Source: a bacterium | GTDB taxonomy: Bacteria; Desulfobacterota; DSWW01 | Direction of reading: 5' to 3' | Assembly: GCA_040756235.1 (NCBI GenBank) | Contig: JBFLZG010000114.1 | Location: 1 to 64,000 of the forward strand | DNA length: 64,000 nt | Part shown: piece after piece, positions 9,374-18,624 of the stretch | Layout of the letters: each line of letters starts with the position of its first letter | Numbering within the stretch: the stretch's first letter is position 1 | Made by a program: the position numbers and the translations under genes | The notes under the pieces: generated by a model | The model's database searches: none | Told to the model about the DNA's origin: nothing | Seen by the model: the letters and a program-made list of their open reading frames with translations, nothing else

Positions 9374-10444
9374 TCACATGGTTCCCTTGCTCACGGCCCG
9401 GTGAGACTTCGTTCTCCAAACCAGCTCGAGCGCCTGTGGAAGGGTTTGCTCCCTCATGGCCAGTTGGAGGAGATGGAACCCGTCGGCATACTTGTAGAAG
9501 CGCATTTCGTTAGGGCCAAGCCTCTGTACCGGACCGCTGTAAGTGACGGGGTACCCGAGGCAGCGGAGAAGATCAGCGCTAATGCTTTCGATTTTCCGCA
9601 CCGCCCCCGGATCCAGGGCCTTCTTCCATTTGCCGTAATTGCTGTCGAGGATACCGTCATGATCCTTAGCCGAACCTATATTCTCGGAGCGAATGGGCTT
9701 CTGGAGCATGGAAGGCTCGTATGCCAACTGCAGAAATTCGCAGACGGACCTCAGAATCGCCTCCGGGGAGTCGATCAGCCGTTCATAATGAACCTCCAGG
9801 TAGCCCTCCGACCCGATTCCGGAGGCATCCCGCCTGCACTTCTCGATAGAATCGTGCCAGCGCTGCGCCGCTCGGAAGAGATTCTTGCCCCAGGCCTTCT
9901 GCACCGATAGGCAGTAGTCCCGCACGTCTCGGAGGATATGAACAAAGCGGGCTTGGGGGAACAAATCCTTCAGCAGATACAGATGGAGCATGTACGAGGG
10001 CGTCTTGTCTCCCCAGATGTCCTTCCCCTTTTTCCTGCAATACGCCTCGAAAAGCGTTCGTATGATCCCCGCATAAGACCATTCCTCGACCGCTGCGTAC
10101 CAGGATTCTCTGTCGATGAACGGTTCCCGCTTTGTCATAGCCTTGAAGAACATGGTTCTGGAAATATCCCTGTAGAATGCTGCAAAGTGGCCGGACTTCC
10201 TGAGGTCTCCATAACGTCCTATCCTCTTGCTGGCGAACGGAATGAAATGGGACTCCTCCGGGGGGATCGCGATTCGGGAGCTATGATTCAGGAGGTCCCG
10301 AAGCAGCTTCGTGCCCGAGCGGGGCATCCCGACGATGAAGATGGGACCCGAGAACCCATGAGCACTCTTGGAGAAACGGAGCGCGCCTTCGGGTCGCTGC
10401 GTTCCTTGTCCCTCTGTGCCTGAGGCAAGGCGGCGTTCGTTCAA
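9374..10444 (-). CDS. PAPS-dependent sulfotransferase
   Basis: IFIVGMPRSGTKLL 5'-PSB motif, WGDKTP, RDVRD, YERLI. Confidence 0.92.
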   Translation of the reverse strand: MNERRLASGTEGQGTQRPEGALRFSKSAHGFSGPIFIVGMPRSGTKLLRDLLNHSSRIAIPPEESHFIPFASKRIGRYGDLRKSGHFAAFYRDISRTMFFKAMTKREPFIDRESWYAAVEEWSYAGIIRTLFEAYCRKKGKDIWGDKTPSYMLHLYLLKDLFPQARFVHILRDVRDYCLSVQKAWGKNLFRAAQRWHDSIEKCRRDASGIGSEGYLEVHYERLIDSPEAILRSVCEFLQLAYEPSMLQKPIRSENIGSAKDHDGILDSNYGKWKKALDPGAVRKIESISADLLRCLGYPVTYSGPVQRLGPNEMRFYKYADGFHLLQLAMREQTLPQALELVWRTKSHRAVSKGTM

Positions 10445-10463
10445 GGCTTTCCTCCTTCAGCTG

Positions 10464-11741
10464 CTACTCGTAATCAAACCATCGCTGGAAGATCCTCTCG
10501 TACTGGTCAGCCGTGGATTCAACGGTATGGTTCTTCAGAAAAAAATCCCGGGCCCGCCGGGACGCTTCCAGCCATTCTGACGGTGACGCGACCAATTCCC
10601 GAATCTTCACCGCCAGCATCCTCGTGTCGCTTTCGACGATTCCCACCCCGTTCTCCGAAACGACGCCGTCCGTATCCCAGCGCGTGACTACCGGTATTCC
10701 TCTGCTCCAGGCCTCCATGAACGTGCTTGGGTACCCTTCCCAGTCTGAAGTGCACACGAGAGCGGATGCCATGGCATAGTAGCGGTCCACCAGGGCGAAG
10801 GGGACATACCCGTGCAGAGTGATGTTCGGAATCTCCTTGGCACGGCTCAAAATCCGCTCTTCATAGCTGCTTGTGCCGGTATTGCCTCCTCCGACGATGT
10901 CAATTTGAAAGTCCGGGCACATCACGGCCAGATCCAGCAGATGGTCCAGTCCCTTTTGCTCCGTAATGCGTCCAAGCCATAAGAGCCGTGGGTTGCGGGT
11001 CTTGGCTGTCAGATCGTGCTCTGAAGGGCCAGGGTCCGTCGTACAGCATCTGACGACGGTTGAGCTCATCTTGAATTCCTTCCAGAGCAACGTTTGCTGG
11101 ACAATCGTCTGCGAAACGATGCAGTCTGCGTTTCGAAGCCCGTAACAATAGAGCGCTCGTTCGTGCTTTTTGCCCAAGCGCCATAGCGTTCGCTGGCAGT
11201 CAGGATCTGCCGCGACCGCATAGATGAACCTCCGTCTGCGTAGCCGGCACCATGCAGCCACGCGCCCGGTCAGAGTTCCGGCGTTCTGTTGATAGTATAC
11301 GTCGGCGTCCGCTCGGCTCATGGCCCGCCACAGACCGGTCAAACGGGGGTGGAAGAACCTGATCCCGGGGACACCGCTATCGGGAGAATATGTCTTGTGG
11401 ACGCGGATTCCATCGTGGAGGGCCCCGTTCTGCTGACCGTAGTCCAGAGTGACAAAGGAGACTTTGTATCCACGTCGCGCCAATTCCTTCGCAACAATGA
11501 TCTGATGGATCTCGGCGCCGCCGATGTGCTCCAGGTCCGTTCGTTCCGATAGACCCGGATAGGCCCTGGGGGAAACGAAACAGATGGCCGGCTTCTTCGT
11601 GGGTCCTTGAGCCGGATGGGTCCCCATCGGTTGCCTCAAATCTGCTAGCGATACGCCCCGTTTACAAATCGGTAACTTCTTGAGGTGGCCCACTGACAGT
11701 TTTTTCATTTCGCCGGGTCCCTGTCTCCGGTGTCGCGGCAT
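10464..11741 (-). CDS. Glycosyltransferase family 4
   Basis: GGAE, GRITEQKG, EGYPSTFMEA (EX7E); real start may be 11708 or 11627. Confidence 0.9.
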   Translation of the reverse strand: MPRHRRQGPGEMKKLSVGHLKKLPICKRGVSLADLRQPMGTHPAQGPTKKPAICFVSPRAYPGLSERTDLEHIGGAEIHQIIVAKELARRGYKVSFVTLDYGQQNGALHDGIRVHKTYSPDSGVPGIRFFHPRLTGLWRAMSRADADVYYQQNAGTLTGRVAAWCRLRRRRFIYAVAADPDCQRTLWRLGKKHERALYCYGLRNADCIVSQTIVQQTLLWKEFKMSSTVVRCCTTDPGPSEHDLTAKTRNPRLLWLGRITEQKGLDHLLDLAVMCPDFQIDIVGGGNTGTSSYEERILSRAKEIPNITLHGYVPFALVDRYYAMASALVCTSDWEGYPSTFMEAWSRGIPVVTRWDTDGVVSENGVGIVESDTRMLAVKIRELVASPSEWLEASRRARDFFLKNHTVESTADQYERIFQRWFDYE

Positions 11742-11826
11742 GCATGCCGAGTCGTATGTGCCTCATCTGACTTGTCTTTTTCGTCGAGGTCCGCGTGCCC
11801 GGGCGATTTGGTCAGGGCCATTCGAA

Positions 11827-11842
11827 TGGTATGCAAAATGCA
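11827..11842 (+). promoter_or_regulatory. Putative sigma54 -24/-12 promoter for the pectate lyase gene
   Basis: TGGTATGCAAAATGCA = GG-N10-GC, about 190 bp upstream of ATG 12030. Confidence 0.5.
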
Positions 11843-12029
11843 CAGGAGCCGCATCAAACATTTTCGTACCTTGGCGGCGCATCGCCCTCAAGCAGACGGT
11901 CAAAATGGGTGTCGGATCTGCGGATTAGGCCGCATTGACCTTATCGTTTGCCGGACCATCCTAAGGGGGATAGCGGCTCGTTGGCCGGTGGAAAAGAACG
12001 TGTCACAATAAAAGGGGGGAATAGACACT

Positions 12030-13394
12030 ATGAAAGAGCACAAACCAGCCTGGGTGATCCTTTTCATCCTCTGTCTCGTTCAGGTCGCACTTCTTGAGGG
12101 ATCCTCCATGGCCTTGCCGGCTTTTCCGGGTGCGCAGGGTTTCGGCTCGCCGACTCCGGGGGGCAGGGGGGGAAAGGTGATCCAAGTGACGAACCTCAGC
12201 AACAGCGGAACGGGGAGCTTGAGGGCGGCCTGCGAGGCGGGCGGCGCCCGCATTGTAGTCTTCCGCACGGGCGGCCTGATCGACCTCAGCAGCGACATCT
12301 ACATCGATGATCCCTATCTCACGATTGCAGGGCAGACAGCGCCTGGAGGCGGTATTTGTATCAGGGGAGGGGCTATTCGCGTCAGAACTCATGATGTGAT
12401 CATCCGAGGGCTCCGAGTGAGGCCTGGGTTCACAGTCGGGACAAACAACGATGCATACGCCATCCAGAACAACTCCGTGCAGCCCTACAACATCATTGTG
12501 GACCATTGTTCGGGGAGCTGGACGGTGGATGAGCAATACAGCTCCTGGTACCCCGCTCACGACTACACCTTCTCCTGGAACATTATTTCACAGGCTGGCT
12601 ACGGCATGCTTATTGGAAACTATGCAAAGAACCTCTCGGTGCATCACAACCTGTTTGCGCACATCACAGCACGCGGCCCTCTCTTCAAGGGCGATACCAG
12701 AGGAGAGGTCATCAACAACGTGGTCTACGACTGGGAGAATTCGGCCACAAGAGTGAAGAGCTTGTGTGGGCCCAATGATACGGAAAATATGCCTTCCTTT
12801 GTGAATGTGATAGGCAACTACTACAAAGCAGGTCCCGGAACGAATTCAAGATACGGAGTGGACGCTGACGGACTTACAAGCACGAAAATCTATGTCTACA
12901 ATAACATCGGCCCCACGCGCACGTCGAATACCGCACCGCAGTGGAACATCTGTGCAGCGAGTGCAGCCTATCAGTCCTCCACGCCCGCGATGACCGGATC
13001 GGGAATTGCAGCGGAAGATCCAAACAGCATTTATGCGACTGTTCTGGATTATGCAGGTGCCAGGGTCCCCCAGAGGGATTCCGTCGACGCCAATCTGGTA
13101 AACGAGGTCAGAAACGGCACGGGGCACCGGATCACCTCCGATCCGGGCTGGCCGAGTTATGCTGCAGGTGCCGCGCCGGCGGACGCAGATCACGACGGCA
13201 TGCCGGATTCCTGGGAGCAAGCTCGGGGCTTGAACGCGTCCGACGCCTCTGACGCGAGCCGGGATCGGAATGGAGACGGGTACACGAATATTGAAGAGTA
13301 CGTGAACGCTCTCATCCCCGTTCCGAATGGCGGCAACGGCTCCGACCAGACTGCGCCCGCTGCTCCGAGGAATTTGCATTCGGTTAATCCGTGA
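12030..13394 (+). CDS. Secreted pectate lyase (PL1-like beta-helix)
   Basis: Signal peptide; LPAFPGAQGFG..TPGGRGG.V..VTNL, TIAGQTAPG, IIVDHCS.SW.VDE; C-terminal D.DHDGMPD.WE and DGYTNIEEY. Confidence 0.92.
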   Translation: MKEHKPAWVILFILCLVQVALLEGSSMALPAFPGAQGFGSPTPGGRGGKVIQVTNLSNSGTGSLRAACEAGGARIVVFRTGGLIDLSSDIYIDDPYLTIAGQTAPGGGICIRGGAIRVRTHDVIIRGLRVRPGFTVGTNNDAYAIQNNSVQPYNIIVDHCSGSWTVDEQYSSWYPAHDYTFSWNIISQAGYGMLIGNYAKNLSVHHNLFAHITARGPLFKGDTRGEVINNVVYDWENSATRVKSLCGPNDTENMPSFVNVIGNYYKAGPGTNSRYGVDADGLTSTKIYVYNNIGPTRTSNTAPQWNICAASAAYQSSTPAMTGSGIAAEDPNSIYATVLDYAGARVPQRDSVDANLVNEVRNGTGHRITSDPGWPSYAAGAAPADADHDGMPDSWEQARGLNASDASDASRDRNGDGYTNIEEYVNALIPVPNGGNGSDQTAPAAPRNLHSVNP

Positions 13395-13415
13395 GAGGCA
13401 GGAGAAAAGCAGATC

Positions 13416-13505
13416 GCCACATCCCTGATCTTCTCTCCTTACGGAGGGACGGGGCATTGTGAGGAGGCCCCGTCCCCGCTGGGGAGAGGGCCGGGCAAAG
13501 GAGGC
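13416..13505. repeat. Inverted pair of degenerate CCCTC-type REP-like palindromes
   Basis: CCACATCCCTGATCTTCTCTCC..GGAGGGACGGGG and, inverted, CCTTTGCCCGGCCCTCTCCCCAGCGGGGACGGGG; related copy at 22412-22453. Confidence 0.5.
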
Positions 13506-14644
13506 GATCCTTGATGACCTTTCCGATAGGCCCTGTCCAAGCATGCAGCGTATGCGTCCAGGTACTGCTGGGTCATGGTTTCCAGGCTGAATTCAAGGAC
13601 CACCTTTTGCCTGCCGGCCGCGCCTAGCCTGCCGGCCTGCTCCTGGTTATCGAGCAGGAACTCGATCTTCTGCTCCAGAGAGCTAACATCGCCGGGGTCG
13701 ATCAGGTATCCGGTCCTGCCGTCCTCCACGATCTCATCCGTTCCTCCGCCTCGGGTCGCGACCACAGGCCTTGCCAGCGCCATGTACTCCTGAACCGCAT
13801 TCGGGATCCCCTCGCTATGGATTTCATGATTGGAAAGTAGAACCCCCACGTCGAATACGTTTACGATGGACTCGACCTCTTGCTGTTTCCCGAGGAAGAG
13901 GATTCTCCTCCGGTGTGGCGGAGCCACCCTGTTTCTGCACGGGTCCAACATCGGCCCGTCTCCCACCGCCACGAACGTGACGTCCTCCCGTCGGCCCACC
14001 AATCGCGTCGCAGCTGTCAGGTAGGTTTCATAGTCTTTCCGAGGGGAAAAGGCGGCGACCATGCCGACGACCTTCGGTGTCGCAATCCCGTAGGTCGATC
14101 GGACTTCACTCGGGTCCTTCAACACCGCGACACGCCCGAAGTCAAATCCGTTGTGGATGCACCGGCTTTTTCCTTGAGGAGCTTCATACGCGGCGAGCCC
14201 CGCAAATGAGTTCGAGATCACCAGATCGGAAAACCTGAATATGGCCGGGGGCAGCCACTTGGGCTTGCGCGTCCTCTTCTCCTTGGGTGTCGCGTCTCGT
14301 ATGATGCTGGCGAGGATCTTCGCGCCAAAGAGCCGGGCGACCGGTATGCCGTAGACAGCGCACATGATCTCCCAGACATGGATGATGTCCGGTTTGAAGG
14401 CTCTGCAAATCGCGCACAGCTTCATCCAGACGGAAGGGTCCTTCTTCCACCGTCTTTCCAAGAACATCGTTCCTGCGTTCAGGTCTCGGGCGCAGCGGTA
14501 ATCGACACTGTTCGAGAGAACGACCAGGCGGCAAACGATACCTCCTCGGTGCAGAAGACCCTTCAGCAATTCCAAGACCTGCCGTTCCTTGCCTCCGTAA
14601 GCGAGGGCGTCAATCAGGAACAGGATGCGCATCGGATCTTTCAC
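13439..14644 (-). CDS. Glycosyltransferase family 4
   Basis: GGKERQ, IHNG, EGIPNAVQEYMA. Confidence 0.92.
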   Translation of the reverse strand: MKDPMRILFLIDALAYGGKERQVLELLKGLLHRGGIVCRLVVLSNSVDYRCARDLNAGTMFLERRWKKDPSVWMKLCAICRAFKPDIIHVWEIMCAVYGIPVARLFGAKILASIIRDATPKEKRTRKPKWLPPAIFRFSDLVISNSFAGLAAYEAPQGKSRCIHNGFDFGRVAVLKDPSEVRSTYGIATPKVVGMVAAFSPRKDYETYLTAATRLVGRREDVTFVAVGDGPMLDPCRNRVAPPHRRRILFLGKQQEVESIVNVFDVGVLLSNHEIHSEGIPNAVQEYMALARPVVATRGGGTDEIVEDGRTGYLIDPGDVSSLEQKIEFLLDNQEQAGRLGAAGRQKVVLEFSLETMTQQYLDAYAACLDRAYRKGHQGSPPLPGPLPSGDGASSQCPVPP

Positions 14645-16034
14645 GGGAGCGTTCTTCCACGAAAAGGTTCATTCGCATCGCAAGGGCCCATAAGGCCCAC
14701 AAGAATCCATTGTCGTAGCGTGGGAAGAGAGACCGGTCGGTCATTCCGGATACCAGATAGCCCACCAAGGCCGCTAGGACGGCACAATGATAATCGTGGA
14801 AAGCTGTCTCCGACCCTTTGCGGACGGCGCGGTAGGTCTGCCTGAGGATGCGGAAATAGAAAATCATCACAACTGCGAGGGCCAGGATGCCCGCATCGAG
14901 CACCATCTCCAGGAACATGTTGTGTGGATGATCGACTTGCAGGATCCCCCCTCGCCCCACGATTTCTGTCGAGAGAATCGCATATCGTCCCCTGCCGAAA
15001 AGGAGCGCCGAGGGGTCCGACGCATACTCTCTGAGCAGAGGCACCCACAAGCCTGCCACTCGACCCGCGAGCAATGTATCCGCATCACCGGCGCCGATCC
15101 CGGTCGAGGCTCGTTCCAAGGTCGTCGGCCAGATGAGGAGTATGATGGAAACAGCTCCAGCGGCAATCGGTAGCCATTTCATTCTCTTCGTGAGGAAGAG
15201 TTGAACTGCGATTGCGAAAAGGACGGCAAAATAGGCAGACCTCGAATAGAGGAGCGCGAGAGACATTAGAATGACACACGTGCTCAGTACCGAGGTAAGG
15301 TTTCTCCTCGTATACATCCTCGCGATGGCTGCTGGAACGGCGAGAATATAGAAGGTGCCCAATTCGTTTCTGTGAGATCCGAGAACGAGGCGGTAGACGT
15401 CTGCGGTCTCCCGCATTCCCCTGGGCGCTCCTCCTTTGAAATAAAGAAAAGCGATCATGAGCGACAAGACGAGCGTCGAAAACACCAGAGCTCCCAGGAC
15501 GGCCCCAACGTCGTTCTCTTTCGAAAACGCCCTCAATATGACGAAAAAAGGGATGAAGAAAATGACCGGCTTCAGGAAGGCGGAGAGGATGTACCGATCC
15601 ATATCGAGCTTCGTAACACTGGCGGCATTGATGTCATCCAGATGGGGCAGGGATGCCGCAAAGCTCAGGGCGAAGAGACCGAGTGTCACAACCGCGAAAG
15701 GAAGAGCTCCCTTGGGGATCCTGCCAGCTCCCCCCTTGTGGACGAATGTCGTTACGATGACCACAAGTGCCAGCAGGTTCAACGGCTTGGCCCCGGGGAG
15801 AGGCAGAATACTCTGGTCGACAAAAGCGGTCCCCCCTACTGGGATCAGGATCAGAAAAAGATAGAAGAGGAACTTTGGTTTAAGGAAAGTGAAGACCACA
15901 GCCAAGTATCCGATCCCGATGAAGACGCCGAGACGGGTCGACTCAAGGGTACTCATCGAAATGACCAGTGCCGTACCTGCCAGGAGAAGGCCGGTGACCC
16001 AAACGGAGTCGAAAAAGTCGGTCGGAAGTCTCAT
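14610..16034 (-). CDS. O-antigen ligase / Wzy polymerase family membrane protein
   Basis: Many TM helices, LYSRSA, HPHNMFLEMVLDAG; start ATG 16034. Confidence 0.88.
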   Translation of the reverse strand: MRLPTDFFDSVWVTGLLLAGTALVISMSTLESTRLGVFIGIGYLAVVFTFLKPKFLFYLFLILIPVGGTAFVDQSILPLPGAKPLNLLALVVIVTTFVHKGGAGRIPKGALPFAVVTLGLFALSFAASLPHLDDINAASVTKLDMDRYILSAFLKPVIFFIPFFVILRAFSKENDVGAVLGALVFSTLVLSLMIAFLYFKGGAPRGMRETADVYRLVLGSHRNELGTFYILAVPAAIARMYTRRNLTSVLSTCVILMSLALLYSRSAYFAVLFAIAVQLFLTKRMKWLPIAAGAVSIILLIWPTTLERASTGIGAGDADTLLAGRVAGLWVPLLREYASDPSALLFGRGRYAILSTEIVGRGGILQVDHPHNMFLEMVLDAGILALAVVMIFYFRILRQTYRAVRKGSETAFHDYHCAVLAALVGYLVSGMTDRSLFPRYDNGFLWALWALAMRMNLFVEERSRERSDAHPVPD

Positions 16035-16071
16035 TCTGAGATTCTGCACCGGTTGGTTCTCCGCGAATAGC

Positions 16072-17319
16072 CTAAGCAAGCCGGATGTGCTCCTGCGGCA
16101 GATGGGCGGTCGGCCGGACCGTCTCATAGATCTTTTCCATCCGAGTGGCTGCCGCAGAGGCGAGGAAAGTCGATTTCGCCTGCTCGTGGTTATGAAGGCT
16201 AATGGACTCGTAAAGCCCCCGATCGAGATAGAGGCGTTCGAGCAATGTGGCGAACACATGGGGGTCGTTACTGAGCGTGGAGAATCCATTCTCCGAATCG
16301 ACGAAGAAGTCTTGTATGCCGCCCACAGCTCTTGTCACAACCGGCAGGCCGAAGGCCATACATTCGACAACCGTGTTGGGCAAGCCCTCACCATGCCAAG
16401 TAGGATTCAGCAAGGCATGCGAGTCTTCGAACAGGCGCATCTTCTCCGATCCTCCCACGTATCCGAGGAAGGAGACTTGCGCAAGATTCATCCTCTTCAC
16501 ATGCGTTCTTGCAGCCTTTAGATCAGGACCATCACCAGCGATTTGGAGCCGTACCTCCGGGTACTTCTCTTTCAGGATGTTGACGGTCTCGATGGCTTCG
16601 TGGACTCCCTTTTCCTTACAGATTCTCGACAAGAAAAGAATATTCCATTGGCGGTTGCCGAGGCGCCTGAGCAACGAGGCCTGGATGTCGAACCGGGCGA
16701 TTGCTTCATCTTCGATCACCATGACCTCGTGGTGAATCGGTTGTTCGAAGCCCCATCTCCGCAACACCTCTTCGAAGCGTCTGGAAAGGACCACAAAGGC
16801 ATCAGCCCCTCCATAGACTCTCTTGAATATCGTCATCCCAGGAGAGCGCCGGGAAAGGAACTCCTCGAACCATTTCTGCCAGCCGTGAAAGAAGACGACC
16901 ACTCCTGCTCCACGCCGCTTCGCCAGGAGGAGAAAGACGCCATCCCTTATGACGGACTTAGGATCCATGGAGGGATTGATCTGAACGACGTGGTAATCAT
17001 TCGACTTGAGTCGCTTGTGGTACCGCAGATAGTCTGAGGCGATCCTCCACACGTTTCGGCGAGTCATCTTCTCCGAGACCCTTCTGCCTACAATGAAATG
17101 TTCCGCCTTCGTGTGCCACCCCGCCTCCAACTTTCGGAAATAGGCCGCTACTCCGCCCGGATCATCCAAATCGGGATGCAGAATCAAGATCTTAGGACCC
17201 CGCCAAGAGCCCGGCCCCGAAGCAGGCTGTTCCAGGACGTGCGCCTGAAAAGCAGCCTTCTTGCACGGACCGGTAGCGCTCAATCGATGCCGCATGCCGG
17301 AGCCGGAAGTTGAATCCAC
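16072..17319 (-). CDS. Glycosyltransferase family 4
   Basis: LSRICKEKG, EGLPNTVVECMA. Confidence 0.9.
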   Translation of the reverse strand: MDSTSGSGMRHRLSATGPCKKAAFQAHVLEQPASGPGSWRGPKILILHPDLDDPGGVAAYFRKLEAGWHTKAEHFIVGRRVSEKMTRRNVWRIASDYLRYHKRLKSNDYHVVQINPSMDPKSVIRDGVFLLLAKRRGAGVVVFFHGWQKWFEEFLSRRSPGMTIFKRVYGGADAFVVLSRRFEEVLRRWGFEQPIHHEVMVIEDEAIARFDIQASLLRRLGNRQWNILFLSRICKEKGVHEAIETVNILKEKYPEVRLQIAGDGPDLKAARTHVKRMNLAQVSFLGYVGGSEKMRLFEDSHALLNPTWHGEGLPNTVVECMAFGLPVVTRAVGGIQDFFVDSENGFSTLSNDPHVFATLLERLYLDRGLYESISLHNHEQAKSTFLASAAATRMEKIYETVRPTAHLPQEHIRLA

Positions 17320-17325
17320 GGGCGC

Positions 17326-18546
17326 CTACTCCTTCTGTACCCCAGAAGAGGTCACCTCCAGCATGGTCCCCAGAGCAGCCAGCATGGTAGACTGCCCCCA
17401 GTGGAACATGGGAGTTCTGTTCGTGACAAAAGGGTACTTTCTGAAATAGAAGTATCCTTGTTTGTCTTGCATGTGGCGGACGGTCCATCTTACCACTTCA
17501 CTGGCCGTCTCCAGGGCGCAAGGCTGGTAGCCACGGAGGTTCACCAGCGTCTGTATCCCCTGGGAAGCACATTGGATATCGATCGGATATTTTCGTGTGC
17601 TGTAATATCTGGGTGCACCGTCCGCATCGAAGAACTTCCTGAAAAAGAAGTTGAAGCCGCTTCTCAGGCTGTGTTCGCAGGTTGCATCTCCGATTGCCTC
17701 CTTGTAGCCGTGCAGCGCTTCCAGCACATATCCCGTGTGGAAGCTATCCACCCACCGGAATTTGTTCGAGACCCCGTAGTACCAGCTGCCGTCACTCTCT
17801 TGATGCTTCAATGTGAAGCGGATCGCTTCTTCTGCCGGTCCAAGGAGCTCCGCTCTTCGGGTGTGTTTGTAGACTCGGGCCAACAGCCTGGCCGCCAGCG
17901 CATTTGCGTTGTGCACACATCCGCGGCGGGAAGCGGCGGAGTTGCCGCGCGGCGTGTACATGAAGCAGATGGTCCCATCGGCGTCTGTGTAACGAGCCAC
18001 ATCGCCCAGGAGGAACTCGCAGGCACTGGCCGCGGTGTCCAGGTGGCTCTTGTCGCCGAAAGCCTCGAAAGCCTGGCAGAAGGTGTAGCCGATCAGGGAG
18101 GTCCAGACGATCGACGGCACATTCGGCGGTATTCTCCCTCCCCGGGAGACGTAATCGAAATGATTTCCCCATGCGTACCCCGCATATCCACGACAGTAGT
18201 TGTCTCTGAGCCAGGTGAGACAGGATTCCATCTTGCGGTAATACGCGGGGTCTCCGGTTGCCTGGTAGAGCTTCAAGTACCCGACGGCGCAGTATCCCAT
18301 CCCCTTGCTGCTGGTTTGTTTCTGGATCCCCAGAAGCGGCCTGAGATTCAAGGGGAACCTTCGGATGAGCTGCTGTTGTGCAATCTTCAAGAGATGGATT
18401 TCGAAGGTCAGGCGGCGAAGCGTTTCTCCGTTGAGTCCGTCAAACGGGTCGTAACCCTTCCATTGATTTCGTGTGATCCAGCCGTCGAGCCTTGTGATGC
18501 TCTCGGATAGCTCGTCTGCGGTGATCATCTGTTGTTTCACGTTCAC
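17326..18546 (-). CDS. EPS-locus (alpha/alpha)6-barrel protein, possible epimerase or hydrolase
   Basis: GYDPFDGLN, WGNHFDY, VHNANA, DGSWYYG, WVDSFHTGY helical-hairpin pattern. Confidence 0.65.
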   Translation of the reverse strand: MNVKQQMITADELSESITRLDGWITRNQWKGYDPFDGLNGETLRRLTFEIHLLKIAQQQLIRRFPLNLRPLLGIQKQTSSKGMGYCAVGYLKLYQATGDPAYYRKMESCLTWLRDNYCRGYAGYAWGNHFDYVSRGGRIPPNVPSIVWTSLIGYTFCQAFEAFGDKSHLDTAASACEFLLGDVARYTDADGTICFMYTPRGNSAASRRGCVHNANALAARLLARVYKHTRRAELLGPAEEAIRFTLKHQESDGSWYYGVSNKFRWVDSFHTGYVLEALHGYKEAIGDATCEHSLRSGFNFFFRKFFDADGAPRYYSTRKYPIDIQCASQGIQTLVNLRGYQPCALETASEVVRWTVRHMQDKQGYFYFRKYPFVTNRTPMFHWGQSTMLAALGTMLEVTSSGVQKE

Positions 18547-18624
18547 TCCTGGTTCCGGTCTCCTGTCGCGACACTCTTCACTCGGCAGCGGTCAAAGAAA
18601 ATCTGTGGCCTCTTGTACCGTCGC

